Source: Macrostomum hystrix (taxonomy: Eukaryota > Animalia > Platyhelminthes). From it: 64,000 bases of DNA. The DNA is taken from contig CATNEN010000007.1 of assembly GCA_950097015.1 (NCBI GenBank), positions 3,596,001-3,660,000 of the forward strand, written 5' to 3'. The notes beneath the pieces were generated by a model that was given only the letters and a program-made list of their open reading frames with translations, searched no databases and was not told the DNA's origin. Of the stretch, positions 38,816 through 50,400 are shown one piece after another. The position numbers and the translations under genes are program-made. Within the stretch, counting starts at the first letter, position 1, and each line of letters begins with the position of its first letter.

Positions 38816-40020
38816 CTTTTTTTTAAGTCTAAAATTATACGAGTATATTTTCACATTTTTTCATCTTTCATATAACTTCTAAATATTTGTCAATTCGATA
38901 AATAATTATTCACTGGACATTCACAAACATAATTTTTTTAAATATAATTAATTATCGTTTCGTTATATTAAAGTTTGTTATATTCCCGCTCAGTTTTTTT
39001 CACAATGGACCTTAATCTTTCTTAGTGCAGGACCCATTCGACGCACCAAAAATGCGTATTAGACTTCTATTAGTAAGTGGAGAGTGCATTTGATCCTAAA
39101 ATGTTTTAAAACAGTGTTGGACGCATGTGTCGGGACACGTGTGTGTATAATTTTTCGTGTGTCCGTGCAGTCCCTATAAGTGCCCACTTTTATACAAGTG
39201 GCCAATAAATGCCCGGTGCCCGTTTGTGTGTGTGTGTGTGTGTCTAACAAATTACAAGCTTTTGGAATATCGCATAATGATCCTTAATTCTTAACCCTTA
39301 AGACAAGACAACTCCAGTAGGCATCAGAATCCCGGATCCCAACACTCGGCCTCAAGCCATAAACTGGCAGCCCGCATGAGTATTTTAACCCTCTCTGTGT
39401 CTGCTTTGTACAAATGAGATTAGACAATGCAACTAAGCAAATCAATTTGCTTTGGTAAGGTAATTTGAGAATTATCAGCGAGAAAACTTTTGAGTCGAAG
39501 AAAATAATGTCGAAACTTCGGCCCTGTTTCTCTCACGAGACAAGATAATGTTATAACATAGATCTAAATTAATATTTACGGACACTCTAGAGACGTTCGC
39601 AAACCTTCGATACAGTACTGAGCAGTTCTAGAACTTTTATTGTAAATAAATTTCCAAACACGGTGAAAGCTTAGTGGTAACTAGTACGTGTACGTGCAGT
39701 TAACCGGTGGCACAAGACACGAATCATTAAATTTGTTATGCTCGTATTATGGCATTCAAGCCGCGAGCTATACGTCCTCTCTACAGAGTTTTCACTATTT
39801 TATTCGTAGAGGATCGCATATATATTCCATAGCTTTGTGTTGCATTTAAGTCGCAAGATTTTTTTAACTATCGGAGGGATTTGTAGCCAAGTTGCTAGAG
39901 CTTCATGCAATGACCCAGCTATGCCTGGGTTGCGAGCGAGAAAGGTAGAAAACGTGCCCTCTAGCATGGGCGCGGGCGGCTGTTTATATATTGTACTTTA
40001 ATCTATACGAGTATTATTAG

Positions 40021-40402
40021 GGGGTCGGTGGCAAAGCGGTTAACGCGTTTGCCTCTCGCGTTTGCCTAACGCGTTTGTCCCTAAGTTCGATTCCACGGCG
40101 AGGCCACAATTATTTGGGGCGCAGCCGTGGAGAGAAGGCTTGGGGGCTTGTCGTGCAATTTACGCCCTTGAGGGCCAACCTCCAAGGCACAGTGAAATTT
40201 ACACTGCCTGACGATGCGAAAGTCATGCAGATGTACGAGTACACACCTGTGTGAGCGTGTGCCTGCGTACGGTATCCGTGTGCGTGCTTGCTCAGGAGTC
40301 AGCGAAATGGGCAGAATTGCCTCCTCGCTGGCTGCGGGTCTAGTGTCACTCAATGATGGGCCACTGCTCGCAGCCCTACTGCAATTATTATTATTATTAT
40401 TA
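40021..40402 (+). mobile_element. tRNA-derived SINE family A with (ATT)n tail
   Basis: GGGGTCGGTGGCAAAGCGG head, family body and ATT-repeat tail. Confidence 0.88.
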
Positions 40403-40471
40403 ATCTCGTATATTATTCAATCACGCGAAGAGCAAAAACTAGCGTGCGAAGCGTACATAAAGCAATATAAA

Positions 40472-40600
40472 ACCCAGCTAAAAATGGGTACCAGCTGGTT
40501 GTATGAAACTTGCTTGGGTGTGGCGACGTTCCCAGTCCACGGACTGAACAGCAGTACACAGCAATATCTGCTGCTGGGTCACTGGCCTATCATCTGGGCT
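40472..40600 (+). mobile_element. 5'-truncated fragment of the CORE-type SINE (family B)
   Basis: CCCAGCTAAAAATGGGTACCAGC...GGGTGTGGCGACGTTCCCAGTCCACGGACTGAAC matches 57357-57440. Confidence 0.6.
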
Positions 40601-41483
40601 AAGTGCAATTTCAAAAAGGAGATGTAAGAATGAAGGATTTAAGAAACATCTTCCGCTGGAACAATGGTAGAATGACCATTTCTCGCGCCGGCCGACGACG
40701 TGGCAACGCGAGCCACCTGTGCAGCGCAGTATATAGTGACCGATTTTCTGCCTCAGTCTAAAAGGGTATTTAGTTCTACTCAATTATTGTTTTTCTACGT
40801 TACTCCATTTTAAAAAGTAAATTTCTTTTTTAAACGATAGGAATGCTTACAAAAATATAGATAAAACTATATTTGAATGACAAGGATAATTATTTACCAA
40901 ATGGAAATGCTATCAACATACAATAACAATGACCTAAAAAGAAAAAAGAGAAATCAAATGTATCGAATCGACTGCAAAAATAAATATGCTAATTTAATTA
41001 AAGTTCTGTAATTAAATTAATATATACATGCATATAAAAAGAGAAATATTTGTAAAATAATGCATAATTTAATGTAAAAAAGAAACTAAAATGTTTTAAA
41101 TAAAATAAAATATACATAAATCCAGTCACACAAGTCTTAAAGTCCCGATCTTTAACGTATCTCTGCAGCTAGATACGTTAAATTATAAATTTAACCGTTT
41201 AACTTGCTTTTTGATGACTGACGTACTGTTATAAAAAAATCAACGTTAGCTGTCCCATTCACATACTAATGTTAGATAAAATGCATTAAATGCAAAAAAT
41301 TTAATACTTAAAAAATTATATAACGAAGAATAGAATAGTAAATTCTTGTTCTAAGAAGTGTTTTTTTGTTTTAACTGTGCGCGCAAAAAAGCGCTCTAGT
41401 TTGTAATTGTTCGTCATTTTAAATTTCACAGAACGGCGCTCGAGCGTTGTTTAGGGAAAAAATTAGTTTATTTGATAATAATC

Positions 41484-44400
41484 ATGTCTAGCAATAAGCC
41501 AAGTTTCTTTATTTGTATAATATTACTTATTTTATCACTAGCATCAGTTAGTTCTACTGATTCATCAACAAACACCCCGGATGTTACTGGACCCGTTGGG
41601 GCCTCCGAGTGCTACCGGAATCGAAAGCCGAACATGTGCTTGACCACATTCTGGAACTTGGCCTATGGCAGGGTGCCAGTGGCCACCAACACCTGCGGCG
41701 CCACGAATTCAGAGAAATTTTGCGTGCAGACCTCAATCCAAGCCACCGCAATTCAGGACCGCTACTGCTCCTACTGCTCGCAGGCCGAGATTGATAAGTC
41801 CCACAATCCCAAGTTTCTCACGGATTTTAACAAGGACAAGTTCTTGAAAACCTTCTGGCAGAGCCAGACATTGTATGAGACGTTGACTCGGAGCAGCAAG
41901 TTTAATGTTAATATCACTATCGACTTTGGTAAGCCTTTATCGTTCAGTTTGTCCAATTCCTCGTCTTAAATGTGATATTCGGGATAAATTAAACTAGGCA
42001 ACCACACACACACACATACACACACGCAAATTTCAATCGCAGCTGAAGCTGGCACCTATTTTACAACTGGGTGAACTGTTTTGCGCTGAGATTCGAACCC
42101 CCGAATGCATTTTGCGCTGAAATCAAAAGCTCTAACCACGTCACTGCAGGGCTATGGGCTCCATTTTATTAGTTGAAAGGGAAGAGAACTCGATTAAAAA
42201 ATGATTAATAAGTCAACAAAAAATTGTGCTACAAATTTTTTATTTACACACAATAAAGACTTCGGGAAATGTGAAATAGTCTTAATCTTGCTCCCTTATA
42301 ACGAGAAAAAGGTTTAGATCTTTTAAAGACCCTTGACAAGAAAAAACAAATTCACTGACCAGCTGCTACACATTGGGTTCAGGCATCCAGACCCAGGTGA
42401 CCTACATCCGGCTGCAGTTCCAGTCGCCCCGGCCGCAGAGCATGGTCATCTATCGGCGAAAGAACCGCACCTCGGCCTGGGAGCCGTGGGCCTACTTCAG
42501 CCAGAACTGCGAGGCGCAGTACAAGATGGTTTCGGACGAGCCGATCAGCAATGAGAACCGGTACAAACCAGTTTGCAGCACCCGCTTCTCGGACATGGTG
42601 CCGCTGAGCGACGGCACAGTGCTGTTCGTATCCTTGATGAACAGGCTGGAGGACAACGACAACGATGAGTTCTGGAAGAATAGCGAGCTGCAGGTGGGAT
42701 GTCTTGCTTTTTGAATGGCAGATACTTTAGAATATACTCTACGGCATCATCTTAGGCTAAGCTACCGATCCTGTCATGGTCTGCAAATTTGCTCCCTTGA
42801 AAACAGGAATGGGTTCTGGCCTCCGACATTCTGATCAGCCTCGATCGGCTCAACACTCACGGAGATACATTCAGCGCAGACGTGCTCTACAAGTACTTTT
42901 ACGCAATCACCGACATCACAGTTGGCGGCAGGTGAGAGTAGCACATGTCTTGTCAGGTAACTGAGTTAGTACCAAACCACTAAAGATTACTCCAACAACT
43001 CCTGCCCAGGTGTCAGTGCAACGGTCACGCAGCAGTGTGCAACACGAACCCCAGCACTCAGGAACGCTACTGCTTGTGCCAGCACAACACCGAGGGCAAC
43101 CAGTGCGAGAAGTGCCGCAAGGACTACAACGACAGGCCCTGGCGGGCGGCAACCAAAGAGAATGCTTGGGACTGCCGGCCCTGTAACTGCTCAGGCAACA
43201 GCGAACAATGCATTTTCGACTGGGATCTGTACTACGCTTCTGGCAATGTCAGTGGTGGCCGCTGCATCAATTGTCGCGACAACACCGAGGGCCCGCACTG
43301 CGAGAAGTGCCTGGCCAATCACAGGCGACCTTCGGCTGGAGCCAGCGGCTGCGTGGCCTGCAACTGCCACCCGCTGGGCTCGCAGCACGGCCAATGCGAC
43401 GATCAGGGCCGCTGCGTCTGCCAGCCGGGAGTCACCGGCGACAAGTGCGACAGGTGCCTCACCGGATACTACAACCTCACGGCTAGTGGCTGCCTGTGAG
43501 TTCTGCCGCTTTCTATGATTATATATTGTATAATATGTGGAAACGCATTTTCTACAAGTGCAGCTGCACCACTGGGCCTTGCTCATACATTGTATAGTAA
43601 TAAAATCGAGTTAGATTATTTCAGAAACACTTGAGAACTGTGTTCACTCGCTGTGACCTGGGCTTCAGTGAGTGCCTAGTATCTGACCCTCATGGTACCG
43701 CTTCTCAATGGCAACAAACTCCAATTCTAACTAAATCGTGGAGAAGCTTGCTCAATCAGATATATTAATAGGTGTATAGATAACAAAAGCGGCCTCTCTG
43801 CTCTACCTGCCTGTATATTGCCAGGGTCAAATTGTGGCACTAGCGGCAAGCACTTAGGTAGGAAGAGATAATAAGCCAGAAGCAAGATTTTGTTAATAGC
43901 CACCACTTGAAAAAACTGGTCAGGCCTAGAGGCGGTTATTTGAGCTTTGAAAATGTTCTGAATAAATGAGTTACTGGGGCAGTAAACTATCAAACATTTC
44001 AAAACCCATTTAAACAACTGAATCGGATTATTTTTTAGGGGTATTCGGAGGTCTACGAATGAAGGCCGATTGTTGCACTCATTGAATGTCTATGGCCATA
44101 ACTTGCTGCATCTGTCTTGCTAAACTGGTCATAACCTCGGGCCATAGACATTTGTAGCGCGCACTCAGACAAAATTTCGAGCGCATTGTTGCAAGTGGAG
44201 AATATCGTGTACTAAATATAGAAGGCAATCGTATGCTGGATACATCTGCGGCTGCTGCAGGCCCATTTCCAACGAAACCGATTCTGTGTAGGGCCTGGGC
44301 TTTGGGATGCAACGGGGGCATGGAAGACAAAGAAAGGGAAGGAAGGAAGGCATATGGCAGGCCTATCCTTCCCAAACCCCATGCAAATGAACAGAACTTT

Positions 44401-47400
44401 GCCCACGAATTTCGCCAACCAGACTAGCAGGCCCTCTCGAGGTGATGCAACTGGCCCTCCTGCTTTGGCGTCTGCTGGCGGCAGGGGCCCGCACACCACT
44501 ATCGATCGATTGTGTATGAGGGCCGCCACACAGGGGAGACTGTTAGAGGGATACAAAGGTAAAAGCTTGATTAGTGTACACCATTCTGCATTCGTCCACA
44601 GCTGCGTCCCAGCAGAATTTGCATTGTGCAGTCCAGACAGTTGTGGTGTGCCTCTAGCCAATATTCGGGAATATTTTCTGTAGTGGGAACACTGAAATGC
44701 CTAATTTATGCCTAAATTCACGATTCACGATGCGCAGTAGGCAGTGAAAAAATCCCATATCCGACATATTCTCACGATAAGTCTTTTTAGTGTCGGTGGA
44801 ACTGAAACTATTCATAACTACCTGTCTCATACTGCCCTCTCTAAACTACCTGTCTCATACCGCCTTCTCTAAACTACCTGTCTCATACCACCCTGCCTAA
44901 ACTGCCTGTATCATACCGCCTTCTCTAAACTACCTGTCTCATACCACCCTCTCTAAACTACCTGTCTCATACCACCCTGCCTAAACTACCTGTCTCATAC
45001 CACCCTGCCTAAACTACCTGTCTCATACCACCCTGCCTAAACTACCTGTCTCATACCACCCTGCCTAAACTGCCTGTCTCATACCGCCTTCTCTAAACTA
45101 CTTGTCTCATACCACCCTCTCTAAACTACCTGTCTCATACCGCCCTCTCTAAACTACCTGTCTCATACCACCCTCTCTAAACTGCCTGTCTCATACCGCC
45201 TTCTCTAAACTACCTGTCTCATACCACCCTCTCTAAACTGCCTGTCTCATACCGCCTTCTCTAAACTACCTGTCTCATACCACCCTCTCTAAACTGCCTG
45301 TCTCATACCACCCTCTCTAAACTACCTGTCTCATACCACCCTGCCTAAACTACCTGTCTCATACCACCCTGCCTAAACTGCCTGTCTCATACCGCCTTCT
45401 CTAAACTACCTGTCTCATACCACCCTCTCTAAACTACCTGTCTCATACCACCCTCTCTAAACTGCCTGTCTCATACCGCCCTCTAAAGCCACTCCGTTTG
45501 ACTCTCGCAGACCCTGCGGCTGCACAGCCCAAGGCACGGTGAACAACACAGGCGAGTGCCACCCAATCAATGGCGACTGTCTTTGCAAGCCGAACGTGAT
45601 TGGCCGCCTCTGCGACCAGTGCCGACCGTTCTTCTTCGGCCTGAGCTCCTCGGACCCAGACGGCTGCCAGCAGTGCTTCTGCTACGGCCACGCTACGAGC
45701 TGCCGGCTGCATCCGGCCATGGCACTGCAGGACATCGTCGAGAACTTCTCCAACGAGCTGGCGAGGCCCTGGGGTGTCGGCTTCCAGCGCCGACGCATCG
45801 AAAGTCTCGTCTCGGTGGAGGAGCAGAATGTCTCGGCCGCCGGCGCTGTTGAAATGTTTCCCGATCGGCGAATCTCAGCTGCTCAGGTAGAATTTCAATT
45901 TTACTAGCCAATAATGATACTATTATTTTCAGGGGCTGTGGGCTCTGGCACATTTGGTGACCCACAGCCAGCGAGCAGGCAATTCTTCCCATTCCACTGA
46001 CTCCAGAGGCACAAGCGAACATAGATACTGTACGCAGACACACTCACACAGCTGCGTTCATTCGCCCTGACTTTCTCATCGTCGGTGTACGCTCTCACTG
46101 AGCGTTGTAGGTTGGCCCTCAATTCCGCGCCAAGCCCCCCAGCCTTCTCTCCGCGGCTGTGTCCCAAATGAATGTGGCCTCGTCGCGGAATCGAGCTCAG
46201 GGACCTTAGTGCGAGAAGCAAACGCGTTAACCAACTGCCACTGAGCCCATTTTCCTAGCCAAACCCGATTTCAATCAGAGCTGGGTGAGCCTTCAGAGCG
46301 TTAAAGCTTGCATGCAAAACAAGTTCAGGCTTGCCGTAATCAGACTCCTACTACTCATCGAATGGACTCAATCTTGAGCTTGGCATGGGAGTTTGAAAGC
46401 TACTGATGACAGGATTTTATTAGACAAGAGATAATCAGACAATCTCGTAAATTTTACCTTCCAACTCCCAATGCTGCCAGGTCGGACTGGAGTCGCCGTT
46501 CAACACCCTGTACTTCACCCTGCCGGCCAGAATGCTGGGCGACCAGTCCGGCTCCTACAACCGGATGCTGCGGCTTGACATGTCGCTGCCGGAGGAACCC
46601 ACGCCGGACAGCCGCTCCGGCCTTCTAGACGTCGAGCTGGAATCGCGCGGCCTGATCTTCTCGGTGCCGTTCGACGCCTCGCAGAGCGCGGATCGGCCGA
46701 AGCGCGGCCGGTTCAGCCTGGCCTTCCGCCTGGCCCACGACCCGGCCAGCTCCGTGTGGCGCCGGCTTAGCGAGTCCCGCGAACTGTTCCGCAATGTCCT
46801 GGCCAGCCTGACCCAGATTCGAGTCCGGGCCAACTTTCGGGGAGTTGACTCCGGCGCTACCAGTGAGACTGAAATAAAACACTTTCTGGCTGCTTTGTCT
46901 GTTCATCGCATCCTTCTTACAGCAAGGCGTTTTTCGTTCAAAGGCGGACAGCTGTTGGCCATGGGGGGACGCTTTTCAAGCGTCTTTTTTAACGATACCC
47001 GTGCTACTAAAAGTAGCACAGGGAGATATTACAGCCTTAGATGCTCTAATATTAGATATATTAGAGCATCCCATCGTTGTGTACATCTGATCAGTCCATG
47101 GACTGGGGACAACTAAGTCAATAACTCATGAACAGAAAATGGTTGGAAATAAGCTTCTCATTCATAGCCACATTTTTCCCTAGGAAATAACATTTTGGGA
47201 GGCTGAGGGCACTGCTTGTCGGCAGTCAAATTGCGGTCAGCGAGAAAGCGATTCTGCCCGCTAGCCTGAGCACACACACGCACACATATTGGTACTCAGA
47301 CAGACACTCACTGGTGTGTACCACCTTCCAGACTTTCTCATCGCCAGGAAGTGAATACCCTATCTAACAGACCCCATGCCTTAAATGAATGCGAGCAGGA

Positions 47401-50400
47401 CAAATGAGTCCCAATCTCAGAGCCCAGCAAAAGTAAATGGAGATACGTTTGGAAATTATCCCACCAATTTCTCCCAACCGTCCGCAGTCTACGCCAGCCT
47501 GTACGGCATGACACTGGAGAGCACGGCGCCTCGCAGCATCGCCGCCGCGTCCGCTCCCGACGCCAGCACCATGCACGAGTGCGACTGTCCTGAGGGCCAC
47601 AGTGGACCGATGTGCCAGCGCTGCAAGCAGGGCTACCGGCGGGCCGTACCCAATACCGGGCCCTACGGAGCCTGCGTGCCCTGCGACTGCTTCAACCACT
47701 CGGCCGTCTGCGACAGCGAAACAGGTGTGCGACTTGCTCCTTCAAGATGTTGCTTGTTGCCATGGTTACAACATCCTATCATATTCTGGTGACTTTATTA
47801 ATTTGATCAATTTCTTCAAATCTGGTGATTTGATGAATGGGTTTTGCTATGACTCTTGTCATAGTTATTGTGACTCTTGTCATAGTTATTGTGACTCTTG
47901 TCATAGTTATTGTGACTCTTGTCATAGTTATTGTGACTCTTGTCATAGTTATTGTGACTCTTGTCATAGTTATTGTGACTCTTGTCATAGTTATTGTGAC
48001 TCTTGTCATAGTTAGTGTGACTCTTGTCATAGTTATTGTGACTCTTGTCATAGTTATTGTGACTCTTGTCATAGTTATTGTGACTCTTGTCATAGTTATT
48101 GTGACTCTTGTCATAGTTATTGTGACTCTTGTCATAGTTATTGTGACTCTTGTCATAGTTATTGTGACTCTTGTCATAGTTATTGTGACTCTTGTCATAG
48201 TTATTGTGACTCTTGTCATAGTTAGTGTGACTCTTGTCATAGTTATTGTGACTCTTGTCATAGTTATTGTGACTCTTGTCATAGTTATTGTGACTCTTGT
48301 CATAGTTATTGTGACTCTTGTCATAGTTATTGTGACTCTTGTCATAGTTATTGTGACTCTTGTCATAGTTATTGTGACTCTTGTCATAGTTATTGTGACT
48401 CTTGTCATAGTTAGTGTGACTCTTGTCATAGTTATTGTGACTCTTGTCATAGTTATTGTGACTCTTGTCATAGTTATTGTGACTCTTGTCATAGTTATTG
48501 TGACTCTTGTCATAGTTATTGTGACTCTTGTCATAGTTATTGTGACTCTTGTCATAGTTATTGTGACTCTTGTCATAGTTAGTGTGACTCTTGTCATAGT
48601 TATTGTGACTCTTGTCATAGTTATTGTGACTCTTGTCATAGTTATTGTGACTCTTGTCATAGTTATTGTGACTCTTGTCATCGAAACTGAAATAACTCTA
48701 GACTGGTGATATTTAGTGCACGAGAGCAACGAAAACAGAACAGGCGATATATATATTTTATGCGAGGGCTGGCTGACTATCAATTCATTGTTCGCGCTAT
48801 TTTATCACCTCTAATCCTTGCACGGATTAGAGGTGATAAAATAGCGCGAACAATGAATTGATAGTCAGCCAGTTAAACAGACGGCTGCCAGCGCGGTGTA
48901 CTCAGCGTACGCGCGCTGGCTGCAAGTCACTACATAACAGAAACCTGACACGAAGCATATGTGTGTGTTTTATAAGAAGCAATTCGAATAATAATCCATA
49001 AACAGACATTCATATACTCGTACATCGTGATAAACACGACAGTATCCTCAGTCAAGAGTTGTTGGCAAAAATGACCCCCAGTCAAAACTTTCCTCCCTTC
49101 AACCCCAACTCCGTCAGGCGAGTGCGGCGGAGTTATAAGACGCGACGGTAAGAACATTCGCATCTGCAACGACAACACCGTCGGGTTTAAGTGCGACCGC
49201 TGCGCAGACGGTTACTATGGCAACGCGTCGAGCGGCGAAAGAAACGCCTGCAAGCGCTGCCCATGCCCCGGCAACTCCACCTGCGCCCGGGACCAGCGGA
49301 GTGGCCAGGTGGTCTGCACCCAGTGCCCGCCGGGACTGTCCGGCATCCTCTGCGACATCTGCGCTCTGAACTTCTACGGCAGGCCGCCCTCCTGCCAACC
49401 GTGCGACTGCAACGGCAACACGGATCCCAACGACCTGCAGGTGAGCTCGCACTCGGTTTGAGTGAAATCTGCCGCTTGCTCGAAATTCTCAGCCATGCCA
49501 CTCGATTAAAGCGGTCCGGTGAAAAATGCTTTAGCAGCAGAAAAACCACGGGGTGTTTCAAATACCCGCTGTACTTCGCAATACTCTACGATGAACTAAC
49601 TTTCAAAGTCATCCTAAGTCAGCATCGTCGAGACATTCAGCGATTCTTATCAAAGACCCTTGCGACAATAACAGCTAGCATTGCTCTGCATTATCCTCTA
49701 AGGCGAATCCATATTGGTTCAGCATTGCTCTGCATAAACCTCTAAGGCGAATCCATATTGGTTCAGCATTGCTCTGCATAAACCTCCAAGGCGAATCCAT
49801 ACTGGTTCAATTATATTCTAATGAACAATTTAATCAATACAATATAATCAACAATAGCAGCGGAAACAGTTCCATGATGAAATTTTGTGAGTTGAGAAGC
49901 TATGCCTATATTGGTGGTTTTTGCCACCAGACACCCCAACGAGAAACGTTGAATATCTCGACGATGACGATCTTTGTGATTCTGGAAGTTTTTTTCATCG
50001 GATAGAACGGAAATTTTAGCCAATTCTTCATTTACAACTCAGACGCTTCAAACAACAGGCAGAATTGCTAACCTGTTGACCGCGGATCCACAGACCCCAT
50101 AATTTCACTCCGTTAAGCCTCCAACTCGATCTGCACCGGCCAGGTGTGCCACCCGGATACCGGCGTCTGCACAAAGTGCATCCACGACACCGGAGGCGAC
50201 AAGTGCGAGCGCTGCAAAAACGGTTTCTATGGCGACGCGTTGGCCCCCGGGGGGGCGAGCTGCCGCTCCTGCGGCTGCCACCCGGCTGGCACCAACCTGA
50301 CTGCCACCTGCAACCCGGTCTCAGGAGAGTGCCAGTGCCTGCCCAACGTTGACGGCCGACAGTGCAACACCTGCCAGCAGGGCTTCTTCAACATCAGCAG

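Larger units (their letters stand above)
26155..39224 (+). mobile_element. Putative tyrosine-recombinase (Crypton-like) DNA transposon, about 13 kb, inserted in a (TG)n microsatellite
   Basis: (GT)n at about 26126-26154 and (TG)n at about 39225-39243. Inverted motif pairs CACTTATTGGGACT (26168-26181) / AGTCCCTATAAGTG (39169-39182) and TGCGTCCAACACTG (26243-26256) / CAGTGTTGGACGCA (39112-39125). It encodes a YR protein. Boundaries are inferred. Confidence 0.6.

Noticed and set aside
40318-40345. HDV-like ribozyme in SINE A: GCCTCCTCGCTGGC matches the P3-L3-P3 of the genomic HDV ribozyme as I recall it
   Set aside because: There is no upstream P1 strand, no GG for P1.1 after a 7-nt P1', and no conserved P2 or J4/2. 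The GGC is instead used in a covarying long stem, and the motif is mutated in other copies.
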